Assembly: GCA_964554185.1 (NCBI GenBank)
Contig: CAZKNJ010000009.1
Location: 5 to 64,004, forward strand
Direction: 5' to 3'
Source: an uncultured Planctomycetales bacterium
GTDB taxonomy: Bacteria > 4484-113
DNA: 64,000 nucleotides
The notes under the pieces are model-generated. The model worked only from the letters and a program-made list of their open reading frames with translations, was not told the origin of the DNA and ran no database searches. Numbering within the stretch: position 1 is the stretch's first letter; the number at the start of each line of letters is the position of its first letter. This document shows positions 37,193 through 46,332 of the stretch, one piece after another. The translations under genes were made by a program, and so were the position numbers.

Positions 37193-39313
37193 GTGAAGAC
37201 CGCGGAAGTCTACCTCCTGACGCGAAGCCCAGCATTCCAGCCGTTCACCTACTCGATTCCGCCGCATTTCGCCATAGAGCCAGGAAGCCTGGTAGCAGTC
37301 CCTTTCCGCAACGGGTTTGATCTCGGAGTGGTGGCAGAGCTTGCGGAAGCGCTCGATGCGCGTAGCCGCGAGATGCTGAAGCCCGTAGTCGGATTGGCTG
37401 AGGGACCGGCAGTACGACCGCCTTTCGGCAAGCTTCTGCTTTTCCTCGCGCAGCTGGCGATGTGCTCACCCAGCGAAATGTTCGCGCAAGCCACCTTCGG
37501 TAATGCGGCCCGCAGAAGCGCGCTGTTTCTCTCCCCGGGCGGCAGGAGTGCGCCCGTCGAACTACGCACGGGGCTGGAAGTGGTGCGCATGATGCTACCG
37601 CGCAAGCGCACGCGAATCTCCAGCGCTTTAGTGGGCAAGCTGATGAAGTCGGTCGGCTTCAGCGAATTGCTCGCGCTGGTTGAGTGCGGCGCGCTCGTGG
37701 TTGAAGGCCACATCGGGTTAGGCGTGCAGGATGCTCCCGCTCCCCCACCAGCTTCCAGGCAGAAGCTGCTGTTTCCGCCGGGGGCGGCGGGCATTCAGCT
37801 CGACCCGGAGCTGGCGCTGGCCGGGCAGATTGACCGTGCTCTGACTGCTGCGTCGCTGCGGCCCACGGAGTCTTATCCCGCTGCCTGCCGCCGGGTTGAC
37901 TGGCGCAGTTTCCTCTCCTCACGGTCTGTGGTTGAACTGCTCACTCGCAGGCGCGGAAGGAAGCTGGTGCTCGTGCCCACTGAGTGGCATGTCCACCGGT
38001 TTCTGCAGGATGTGCCAGCGAGGTTCAGGGGGCAGGTGCTGGCGTTTGACACATCAATGAAGGTTGCGGAGTTCCGGCTGCTCGCGGAACAGCTTGCGAG
38101 CAGTGAGCCCACAATCGTGGTGGGGAAGCGGTCAGCGCAGTTCCTGGCGATGTACGCCGAGTTTGATGAGATAGTCGTGTTTGATCCAACAGCGCCGCAG
38201 TTCCGCGCCGAGCAGTATCCGCGCTACGACACCTTCGCCAACCTGATGGGGCTTGGCAGGGCGACAGGCCGGCAGGTAACTATGCTGCCGCTGGCGCCGC
38301 TGGCGCTGGGCGTATGGGAGGAGACACTCAGCGCGGAGGTGGTGGCTCTGCCGCCAAGCCCCGGCGAGAGGATCGACCGCATCGCCGAGCTGGTGGCAGA
38401 GCATGCGCAGTCTGGCCAGCAACTGCTGGTGTACAACAATGCCGTGGGCGGGGGGCAGGAAGTATTCTGCGCCGCCTGCGGGGAGGGCATGCGCTGCTCC
38501 CAGTGCGGCCGCCGACTCGTGTTTGTTACTGAAAGCTCCGAGGCCGCCTGCCGCGGGTGCGGCTACCGGGAGAAGGCGCCCAGATGCCAAGACTGCGGCT
38601 CGCAGGACCTGGGAGTGGAAATAATCGGCGTGGTTGGTTTGACCCGGCTGGTGCGCAAGCTCCTGCGGGAGTCAGGGAAGCGTCCGACGCCACGGGTGGG
38701 GCCGCTTGATGGTTCCAGGCGTGAGAAGATACGCGTACCGAACCTCGCCCGCACGGATGTGCTAATCGGCACTAGCACGCTGTTGACCCCACTGGAGTTC
38801 TACCGGCCGAAATCAATAATCTACGTGGCACAGGAGCTGTTCCGACCAGGCCCCGGCGGCATCCCGGAGGCCGCAGTAGTGGAGGAAGCCACGCGCCTCA
38901 GCCGCCTTTACGGCATCAACGCCGGACGCGTGGTGATTGCCGCGCCGCAAGCGCTGGCGGAGGCCATTCGCGCGCAGCTTGGGCCGGGGGGTGCGCGGGC
39001 CCGCGAGGAGCTGAATGGAATCCGGCGGCAGTTCCAGCTGCCGCCGTACAACGTGCGCGTGCATTTCACGCTGTACAGCACAAAGGCGAAGGCCCTGAAG
39101 GACTTCGCCGAAGAGATGAAGGGGCAGCTTGACTTTGCCAACCGCATCATTGAGTGGGACTTGAGCCGCACCGTCAGAACCCACCGCAAGGGCACCCTCG
39201 CCATGAGCGGCAGCGTGCTGCTGGACCGCTTTTCGGCGGGGGCGTTCTATGATTTGCGCAAACGGGGCAAAGGGAAGAGAATAGACCTCGTGTACTGGCC
39301 CCAGTACTACTAA
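37193..39313 (+). CDS. priA: PriA-like primosomal protein lacking helicase ATPase motifs
   Basis: N-terminal 3' DNA-binding-domain-like region. Cys-rich zinc region CAACGEGMRCSQCG...CRGCGY...CQDCGS. Helicase-core collinearity is present (LVLVPT..., TIVVGKRSAQF...) but GxGKT is absent (replaced by DWRSFLSS) and DEEH is replaced by FDPT. Confidence 0.7.
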   Translation: MKTAEVYLLTRSPAFQPFTYSIPPHFAIEPGSLVAVPFRNGFDLGVVAELAEALDARSREMLKPVVGLAEGPAVRPPFGKLLLFLAQLAMCSPSEMFAQATFGNAARRSALFLSPGGRSAPVELRTGLEVVRMMLPRKRTRISSALVGKLMKSVGFSELLALVECGALVVEGHIGLGVQDAPAPPPASRQKLLFPPGAAGIQLDPELALAGQIDRALTAASLRPTESYPAACRRVDWRSFLSSRSVVELLTRRRGRKLVLVPTEWHVHRFLQDVPARFRGQVLAFDTSMKVAEFRLLAEQLASSEPTIVVGKRSAQFLAMYAEFDEIVVFDPTAPQFRAEQYPRYDTFANLMGLGRATGRQVTMLPLAPLALGVWEETLSAEVVALPPSPGERIDRIAELVAEHAQSGQQLLVYNNAVGGGQEVFCAACGEGMRCSQCGRRLVFVTESSEAACRGCGYREKAPRCQDCGSQDLGVEIIGVVGLTRLVRKLLRESGKRPTPRVGPLDGSRREKIRVPNLARTDVLIGTSTLLTPLEFYRPKSIIYVAQELFRPGPGGIPEAAVVEEATRLSRLYGINAGRVVIAAPQALAEAIRAQLGPGGARAREELNGIRRQFQLPPYNVRVHFTLYSTKAKALKDFAEEMKGQLDFANRIIEWDLSRTVRTHRKGTLAMSGSVLLDRFSAGAFYDLRKRGKGKRIDLVYWPQYY

Positions 39314-39323
39314 GGTAGCCGGC

Positions 39324-40094
39324 ATGAACACCGCCCTGAGAGCCGCACTCATAACCACTGCGCTGGGATGCGCGCTGTTCGCTGCGCCCATAGTTGCCCC
39401 ATCGCAGGACAACGCGGGAACCGGAGCTAAGGCAGTAATGGACGGCGGCGTTTCGCCACCCACTCCCGACGATGCGAAGGCGCAGCACCTGCGCGGCGAG
39501 ATAGAGCGGATACTCGCGCAATCGCAGTTCAAGAGCCTGCGCCCCGGCGAGAGGAAGCCGCTGCCGCGGTGGCTGCGTCTGCTGAGGGGTTTCTGGGAGG
39601 ACTTGTGGTCAACCGTTTCAGGGGGAGCTGCCCGCCTGGGCGAGAGCAATCCGTGGGCGGTGTTTGTAGTCATCGGGCTGTGCGCACTGGTGCTGCTGGA
39701 AATGCTGCGTCGGGTGCTGCGGGACAGCCTGTTCTATGCTCCCAAGCAGCAGGACGGCCAGGATAAGGCGCACTTGACGCCCGAAGAGCTGCTGTCGAGG
39801 GCGGCGCAAGCGCACAGAGATGGAAACGACCCGGAGGCGTTACGGCTGGTGTTTCACGCGGCGCTGCTAAGCCTGTTTGGCGAGGCGGCCGAGCAAACGC
39901 CCAGCCTGAAGCTGGCGGCGGAGCTTGCGGCAGCAGCGGACGCGCCGGTGGATGCCTTTCAGAATCTCAACCGCAGCTTTGAGCGGGCGTTTTACGGTGG
40001 TGCGGAGGTTCGCAGCGCCGACTACGAGCAAGCCCGCAGCCTGACCGCAACCTTGCGGCGGTTTGCCGGTAAAGGTGAGGACGATGAAGCGTAG
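39324..40094 (+). CDS. DUF4129-like membrane protein
   Basis: Signal/TM segment, then a central TM. C-terminal ...FQNLNRSFERAFYGGAEV... resembles the DUF4129 tail that is also present at the TgpA C-terminus. Confidence 0.5.
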   Translation: MNTALRAALITTALGCALFAAPIVAPSQDNAGTGAKAVMDGGVSPPTPDDAKAQHLRGEIERILAQSQFKSLRPGERKPLPRWLRLLRGFWEDLWSTVSGGAARLGESNPWAVFVVIGLCALVLLEMLRRVLRDSLFYAPKQQDGQDKAHLTPEELLSRAAQAHRDGNDPEALRLVFHAALLSLFGEAAEQTPSLKLAAELAAAADAPVDAFQNLNRSFERAFYGGAEVRSADYEQARSLTATLRRFAGKGEDDEA

Positions 40095-41355
40095 GAAGGG
40101 ACTGCAGCCACTACTCATCTGCGCGGCGTTCGCGGCGATTCTCGCGCTGCTGCTGTACGCCGCCCAGCCCGGCGGCGACACGGTGGAAAACCCGCTTTCG
40201 GCAACCAGCACCACGCCGCTGGGACTTAACGCGTTCTACCAGCTACTGAAATCGGAGCGGATGCAGCCAGCTTTCTATGGGCATGAGCTGAGCGTGCTGC
40301 CCTATGGCTCAACGATACTAGTCGGAGACGACATCCCTTACCGGGGATGGGAGCGCTACCTTGATCGCCAAGAGCTGTGGGATACAGCTGGCTCCAGAGC
40401 GGCGAACGTCATCTACCTGACAGCGGTTCAGGATCACGCATTTGTGGCGACAAACGAGCCCGCTCCCGAAGACCTGGAGACTGTCACTCCGATAGAGGAC
40501 GACAGCGAGGCCCTGGACCCGGAACTGGGGGAGCAGGTGGAAGTATTCGAGGTGCCGTGGGAGCTTGGCAGCGATGGCTATACGCGCATGCACACAGCTA
40601 ACCTTGACTCGGCCATCTTCAAGGGTGTGCGGCTGCTGGAAGCGGGCAGCTTCACGCCGACAATGGTCCCGCCACTGAGCGCGAATCGCGAGCTTGCGCA
40701 GGCGGCACGTGAAGTGTATCTGTTTAGGGGAACTGACCGGCCGCTGGTGGTAACAGCGCAGTTGGGGCGCGGTACCTGGATCACAGTGTTTGCCGCCGAG
40801 CTGTTTGCCAACCGCGACATCGGCCGCGCGGACAACGTGGTTTTTGCATACAACGTCGCGGCGGAGGCGGGTAAAGCCGGCGTCGGGCCAGTGTACTTCC
40901 TTGAGTCGATTCACGGCTACAGCGTGGAGGACACTGGCGTGTTGAGCCTACTGCTTTTCACCTGGTGGGGGCAGCTGGCGCTCTTGGGATTGGTGGGAGC
41001 GGTTATCATCTATCTGCCGAGCATGTTCCCGCTGGGGCGGGAGGTTGAGACGCCCGTGGTGAAGTTCCCTTCCGCGTTGCTGCGGGTGCGGGCGCTGGCG
41101 GAAATCTGGCGCAGATCGCCGGACCAAACGGCTGCCAGGAAGTTCGCCGTCGCTGCGGCCCTCGGTATTGAGCCCGACACCATCGGGGCGAGGAAGATAA
41201 CCGGGATGTTGCAGGAGCTGGGTTACCCGCAGGTCCGCGCCGCGGAGCTGGCGAATGAGCTGGCGTCAGGTGAAGACGGGAGGATGCGGGCGGAAGTTAT
41301 ACGCGCTTACAATAGGCTGGTGCAGCGGTTCGGGCGCATCAGCCGTTTCAACTAG
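40084..41355 (+). CDS. DUF4350-like membrane-anchored protein (424 aa)
   Basis: N-terminal TM (LLICAAFAAILALLLYAA) and one TM near the C-terminus. Call is by architecture and neighbourhood to DUF4129. ATG overlaps the upstream stop by 11 nt. Confidence 0.4.
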   Translation: MKRRKGLQPLLICAAFAAILALLLYAAQPGGDTVENPLSATSTTPLGLNAFYQLLKSERMQPAFYGHELSVLPYGSTILVGDDIPYRGWERYLDRQELWDTAGSRAANVIYLTAVQDHAFVATNEPAPEDLETVTPIEDDSEALDPELGEQVEVFEVPWELGSDGYTRMHTANLDSAIFKGVRLLEAGSFTPTMVPPLSANRELAQAAREVYLFRGTDRPLVVTAQLGRGTWITVFAAELFANRDIGRADNVVFAYNVAAEAGKAGVGPVYFLESIHGYSVEDTGVLSLLLFTWWGQLALLGLVGAVIIYLPSMFPLGREVETPVVKFPSALLRVRALAEIWRRSPDQTAARKFAVAAALGIEPDTIGARKITGMLQELGYPQVRAAELANELASGEDGRMRAEVIRAYNRLVQRFGRISRFN

Positions 41356-41365
41356 GACTGACTCT

Positions 41366-42481
41366 ATGCAGCACTCTTATACGAGAGTGGAAATAGACCT
41401 CCGGAAATACCGGGGGAACCTGGACCTGATACGCAGCGAGCTGGGCGGTACACGGCTGCTCCTGGTGCTGAAGGCGAACGCCTACGGGCTGGGCGCAGTG
41501 GGAATGCTGCCCGCCATCAGCGACCTCCCTGACATCTTCGTGGGAGTTGCGATGGTCGATGAGGCGCTGGAGCTGCGCCAGGCCGACTATCGGGGAAACA
41601 TCCTGGTAATGGGGTACACGCCGCCGGAGCAGTACAAGCTCGCGTTGCGGCACTTCCTGAGCCTCGGCGTGTACCACCCGGAGAACATCGCCAAGCTGGA
41701 AGACGCCGCGGCGGAAAGGGGGACGGTGGCGAAGGTGCATATCAAGGTTGACACCGGCATGCACCGCGTAGGCGTGATGCCCGCAGACCTGCCGAAGCTA
41801 CTGGACGAGATTAAGGAAAACCCGCATGTGGCGGTGGAAGGAGTGTTCTCCCACTTGGCGGGCGCGGGTGATCCCGCCGACCCGCTGATTCCGCAGCAGG
41901 TGACCGCTTTCCGCGAGTGCGCCTCGCGAATTGAAGATGAACTTGGAGTTCACACCATCAAGCATATCGCCAACACTTCGGGCGCTTTGGCTTTTCCCGA
42001 GAGCCGCTTTGATATGGTGCGCATCGGCATACTCCCCATCGGATTCCATCCGCCGGGCTTTGCCGTGCAGAAGCTGCCGGTGCAGCCGATACTCCGGTTC
42101 AGCACCGAAGTGGTGGACGCCCGCCGCGTGCCCGCCGGCACCGGCGTGTCCTACGGCCACAAGTTCCATACGGAAACAGATAGCACCATCATCACGGTTC
42201 CGCTGGGGTACGCCGACGGCATCCCGTACCACTTCTTCCCCGAGGGGCGGGTGCTTTTCCGGGGTAAGAGACGCAGGATTGCCGGCGCGGTGAATATGGA
42301 CTACTTGATGATCAGCGCCGATGACGAGACAGATGTGCAGATCGGCGAAGAGGTTGTGCTCGTGGGCCGGCAGGGCGATGAGGAGATCTCGCTCAACGAG
42401 TTCGCCGACTACTGCGAGAGTGTCAACTACGACATCATCTGCAAGATGGGCCGCCGCATCCGGCGGGATTACCTCTGGTGA
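41366..42481 (+). CDS. alr: alanine racemase
   Basis: PLP-lysine motif VLKANAYGLG. Two-domain layout. ORF is open from 41255. Start chosen at ATG 41366. Confidence 0.9.
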   Translation: MQHSYTRVEIDLRKYRGNLDLIRSELGGTRLLLVLKANAYGLGAVGMLPAISDLPDIFVGVAMVDEALELRQADYRGNILVMGYTPPEQYKLALRHFLSLGVYHPENIAKLEDAAAERGTVAKVHIKVDTGMHRVGVMPADLPKLLDEIKENPHVAVEGVFSHLAGAGDPADPLIPQQVTAFRECASRIEDELGVHTIKHIANTSGALAFPESRFDMVRIGILPIGFHPPGFAVQKLPVQPILRFSTEVVDARRVPAGTGVSYGHKFHTETDSTIITVPLGYADGIPYHFFPEGRVLFRGKRRRIAGAVNMDYLMISADDETDVQIGEEVVLVGRQGDEEISLNEFADYCESVNYDIICKMGRRIRRDYLW

Positions 42482-42530
42482 GGCGGGCATTGCCACCAAG
42501 CCGCGTCGCGCCTACAATGGGCAGCGCCCT

Positions 42531-44870
42531 GTGACCTTACGCATCGTAACAGCCGTTATCATCATCGCTGCAGCACTCGGAGGCTGCGGTTACTGGTTTT
42601 ACCACGCGGTTTACCCGCGGATGCTGACCTTTGAAGAGAAGGTCGATGGGGGCTTTCTGGAAGCGGCATATGGTCAGGCAAGAGTGGAGGTTCGCCGCGA
42701 TCCGTGCAAGCGGACATATGGCCAGCTTGCGCGCATACTGCTGTTGCGCGGCAACATCGGCCGGGCCGACCTCATTGTGCGCGTAACCGGCGCAAGCGAG
42801 CCGCTGGTTGAGGAAGTTCGCGGCTTCCAGGCATCGGTGCTGCGCGAAGCCGAGGAAAGCGGTACGGTCAGCAACCGTTTTGCGCAGGGCGGGCTGGCGG
42901 AACTGAGGGGCTTCCCGGTCTATCAGGACCTCAAGTTCTTTGCGGGCTACCGCCTGGCGTTGCTGGGAGACTGGCGCGGGGCGCAAGACTATTTCCTGAT
43001 GGCCGAGCGGGGCGGAGTGTCCCCCGAGCTGAGTCCCTACTTGAAGTACTATTTGGCGCGCGCACTGACGAAGTCCGCGGATACTAAGGACAGTAAGCGT
43101 GGGTATAGCCTACTGGGCAAGCTGACTGATCCGAAAGACCGGCACGGCCTGCAAGCGCGGGTGTGGCTGAACCTCCTGCAATCGGCCATCGCCAGCGACA
43201 ATCCCGGCTTCTTCAATATGTACCTGATGCACATAGACCGGCTGCACAATTCCTGGGAGTACGCCAAGGCGGAGGTGGCGGTGGGCGACTACTTCCTTAG
43301 CCGTGACGACCCCATCAAAGCAGCCAAGGCTTGTGCGAGAGCGCTGGAGAACTACCCCGACAGCGCGAACACGCGGTTGTCAGCCGCCCAGGGCTTGCTG
43401 AAAGCGCTGACGGTGCTGAATGGCGATTTCCGCAGCCTGGAAGCGGAACTAGCTACTGCGGAATGTTCCAATATCCTCTACCGGTTCGCCGAGACACTGG
43501 ATCAGCCTAATGATCTTGCCGCAGCGGCAGAAACGCTGCGCGGGTCGCTGCGCAACGGCGCGAACAACAGCAGCCGCTTCCTGGCGATGGAGGCGCTTTC
43601 GCTGCTTTACCTGAAGCAAGGGCAAAAGGAGAAGCTGGAAGAGCTGCTGCTGCTGGAAAACCTCGCTCCGGCGCCGGAGAACGTGATTCAAACCTCATAC
43701 TTAAACAACGCCAGGCTGCTGGAGAAGACGGGGCAGACGCTGCAAGCCCGGGGGTATTACGAGAGCGCCGCGAAGCTTGAAGGGCCACGCCGGAGCGAAG
43801 CCCTGTTTGAGCACTACAGCCTGCTCAAGGAAAAGGCAGCTAGCCTTGACGGTTCGGCAGCCATTCGGCTGCTGACGGAAGTGGTGGAGGACGCGGAAAG
43901 CTCTAACCGGCTGAAGGCCTGCGAAGAGCTCATACCGCTGGCTATCGCGGCGGGCCGCACGGATACCGCCAAGCGGTCGATTGAGATTGCCGGCGAACTG
44001 GACGACGCGCTGGCGCGGTTCTGGCGCATCTACCTGGCCGAGCACGGCGGGGACGCGAAAGAGGCGGAACGGCTGCGCTCGGAAATCATGGTTAGGGCCT
44101 TTAGCTACTACGAGCTGCAACCGCTGGGGAAGCTGGAGAAGAAGCGGATTGAGTGCAGGAGTGCGCCTTTCTACCTGGAAGACGAGACCGCAGCGGAATA
44201 CCTGGTGGGGTTGTTCCTCACTGACCTGGCCTGCGAAGTGAGCGACGTTTCCCGACCGTATGAGCTTTCGGCGGTGCCAGCCGCCATCGTGCTGCGCAAT
44301 TACGAGTTTGCTGAGAGTGTCAAGACCAGCAGCTGGTTCGCCACTGAAATGCTGGAACAGGGGCCGATGATGGATGGCGCGCTGACCAGCTACGCCCTGC
44401 GGCTGGCATATCCCCTTCCCTACAAAGACGAGGTGGCGCAGGCGGCGCAGCGTTACTCTGTCCCCGAAGAGCTTATATATGCGGTGATGAAGAAGGAGAG
44501 CAATTTTGACCCGATTGCCACCTCCAAGGCAGGAGCGAGGGGGCTGATGCAGCTTATGCCGGCAACCGCGGAGGTCTTCTCCCGCTTCCTGCTCCCGGAG
44601 CTGGCCGGCAGGCCGCTCGGTGATCCGTCCAAGAATGTACACCTGGGTGCATCGTACCTCGCGAGCCTGACCACGGCTTACCGGCAGCAGTATCTGGTAC
44701 TATCGGCGTATAATGGCGGTCCAGGCAACTTGAACCGCTGGAGGCAGCAGGCCGTAACCGACGACCCGCTGGTCTTTCTGGAGATAATCCCGAACAGCGA
44801 AAACGAGGCTTTCGTCAAGAAAACCACGAAGTACGCGCTGATTTATCGCTATGTCTTGGCTGCAAACTAG
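42531..44870 (+). CDS. slt: soluble lytic murein transglycosylase (superhelical TPR-like N-domain + SLT catalytic domain)
   Basis: C-terminal SLT motifs MKKESNFDP, GLMQLMP and YNGGPGN. N-terminal TM after a GTG start at 42531. ORF is open from 42321 overlapping alr. Confidence 0.8.
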   Translation: MTLRIVTAVIIIAAALGGCGYWFYHAVYPRMLTFEEKVDGGFLEAAYGQARVEVRRDPCKRTYGQLARILLLRGNIGRADLIVRVTGASEPLVEEVRGFQASVLREAEESGTVSNRFAQGGLAELRGFPVYQDLKFFAGYRLALLGDWRGAQDYFLMAERGGVSPELSPYLKYYLARALTKSADTKDSKRGYSLLGKLTDPKDRHGLQARVWLNLLQSAIASDNPGFFNMYLMHIDRLHNSWEYAKAEVAVGDYFLSRDDPIKAAKACARALENYPDSANTRLSAAQGLLKALTVLNGDFRSLEAELATAECSNILYRFAETLDQPNDLAAAAETLRGSLRNGANNSSRFLAMEALSLLYLKQGQKEKLEELLLLENLAPAPENVIQTSYLNNARLLEKTGQTLQARGYYESAAKLEGPRRSEALFEHYSLLKEKAASLDGSAAIRLLTEVVEDAESSNRLKACEELIPLAIAAGRTDTAKRSIEIAGELDDALARFWRIYLAEHGGDAKEAERLRSEIMVRAFSYYELQPLGKLEKKRIECRSAPFYLEDETAAEYLVGLFLTDLACEVSDVSRPYELSAVPAAIVLRNYEFAESVKTSSWFATEMLEQGPMMDGALTSYALRLAYPLPYKDEVAQAAQRYSVPEELIYAVMKKESNFDPIATSKAGARGLMQLMPATAEVFSRFLLPELAGRPLGDPSKNVHLGASYLASLTTAYRQQYLVLSAYNGGPGNLNRWRQQAVTDDPLVFLEIIPNSENEAFVKKTTKYALIYRYVLAAN

Positions 44871-44922
44871 TGCCGTAAGGCGCGAAATGCGGTAGAATGA
44901 GGCCACCTGGAGGTGTTTCCAC

Positions 44923-45318
44923 TTGGTCAATAATGTTGAGCTGTTCTCTGACGCGAAAGCCAGTACGGCCATGTCGCCCCGTGCCCGTGAGGATAGGCTG
45001 AAGCGCGCGAAGGAGAGATATGACGCGGAAACGAGTTCGCTGGAAGCGATGATCGCTTACGCTGACGCCCTCTTTGACAACCACCGCTTTGCCGAAGCGG
45101 AGGATGTTCTGCGAATGGCCACTACCGCCGACGACAGCAACACCGATATTCTGTACAACCTGGCATTTGTGTATGCGCTGAACGGCAAAGAGGACAAGGC
45201 CAGGGAGTCGTACCGCCGCGTGGTTGTGCTAAAGCCCGATACGGCGTTGGCCAAGAGCGCCGAGTATGAGCTGTGGAAAATGGGTGAGCAGATAGACGCC
45301 CGGTGGCTGCGGAAGTAG
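44923..45318 (+). CDS. TPR-repeat protein (131 aa)
   Basis: Two to three TPR-like units (AEAEDVLRMA...ILYNLAFVYALNGKEDKARESYRRVV). TAGAAT -10 at 44893..44898 and a GGAGG RBS before the TTG start. Confidence 0.55.
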   Translation: MVNNVELFSDAKASTAMSPRAREDRLKRAKERYDAETSSLEAMIAYADALFDNHRFAEAEDVLRMATTADDSNTDILYNLAFVYALNGKEDKARESYRRVVVLKPDTALAKSAEYELWKMGEQIDARWLRK

Positions 45319-45322
45319 CCGG

Positions 45323-45793
45323 CTATCCGGTCTCCGCCCTCGCTATATCATCCAGCAACTTGCTGAACAATGGATGGCGCGTGGTGTACCGCGGGTCGTC
45401 CAGCACCAGTTGCCGCCCCTTGCGTGTCTGCGAGTTGATGACCACCGGCCCGAGCAGGTTGGCCGACGAACGGATGAAATCCTCGTGGATGGTTACAATA
45501 ACGTAGACGCGGATGAGAGCCAGCTCTGCGTCAGAATTCAGCAGGCAGCGCACCTTGTCCAGACTGATTTCGTAATCGGGGAAGAACAAGAACGGGTCAA
45601 CCACGAAAAACGAGAGGTCGGCGCTTTCCAGGCTGACCAGCCACATGAAGGGCTCCAAGTCGGCGTCCTTGTGCACGATGAACTGCTTGTACTCCGGGAA
45701 GCCGACCATGCCGTGCGGGAAGGTGAGGATGTCCTCCATTGTGTATTCCAGTAGGCCGAGTCGGTTGCTTCTAACCCGCACGTAATTCCCCAA
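45323..45793 (-). CDS. fliW: flagellar assembly factor FliW
   Basis: ...ILTFPHGMVGFPEYKQFIV...FVVDPF...YEISL... matches the FliW fold. Start may be the internal ATG at 45739. Confidence 0.8.
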   Translation of the reverse strand: MGNYVRVRSNRLGLLEYTMEDILTFPHGMVGFPEYKQFIVHKDADLEPFMWLVSLESADLSFFVVDPFLFFPDYEISLDKVRCLLNSDAELALIRVYVIVTIHEDFIRSSANLLGPVVINSQTRKGRQLVLDDPRYTTRHPLFSKLLDDIARAETG

Positions 45794-45873
45794 TGTATTT
45801 ATCGGTCGGCAGCGACTTCATTTGAGCCGTCGCGCGCAGTGAACAAGCTATAAGGTAGGCAATTATCATCGCG

Positions 45874-46326
45874 TCAGGCGCTCCTTGAGTTAGCCCCGAA
45901 ACCGCTGATGTATGAGATACCCACGGACGATGGCGTGTAGTCAATCCACAGCCCTCCGCTCCTGATGGCGATGCTGGGACGGGACTTCGGGATTAGATCA
46001 ACATTGAAGTACTTGTCCCGCAGATCCAACATTGTCCGCTCGTAGGACAGCTCGGCGAACGCATTCCCGGGCTCGTACGCCTGAGCCATTCGCTCTCCGG
46101 CGGCTACGGTGTCCGAGATACCCTTGGCGACCTGAGCCTGAGCGAACTCGGCGTCCTTCCGCGCCTGCGCGACCGCTTTCTCATAACCCATCTCGGAGCG
46201 CAGCTTGGTGCAGTCCACCTCGATCTGAGGCAGCTCTCGTTGCAGCTCCAACCGGCCGCGCTCGGTGTGGATGGCGAGCCGGCCGCCCATGAAACCACCT
46301 GAGGTTGTCGCCGACAGGTCAATCAT
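45874..46326 (-). CDS. hypothetical protein in the flgL-fliW interval (YviE-like position)
   Basis: 150 aa with no known motif. Occupies the slot held by yviE in Bacillus-type flgK-flgL-yviE-fliW operons. Confidence 0.35.
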   Translation of the reverse strand: MIDLSATTSGGFMGGRLAIHTERGRLELQRELPQIEVDCTKLRSEMGYEKAVAQARKDAEFAQAQVAKGISDTVAAGERMAQAYEPGNAFAELSYERTMLDLRDKYFNVDLIPKSRPSIAIRSGGLWIDYTPSSVGISYISGFGANSRSA

Positions 46327-46332
46327 CGCGAG

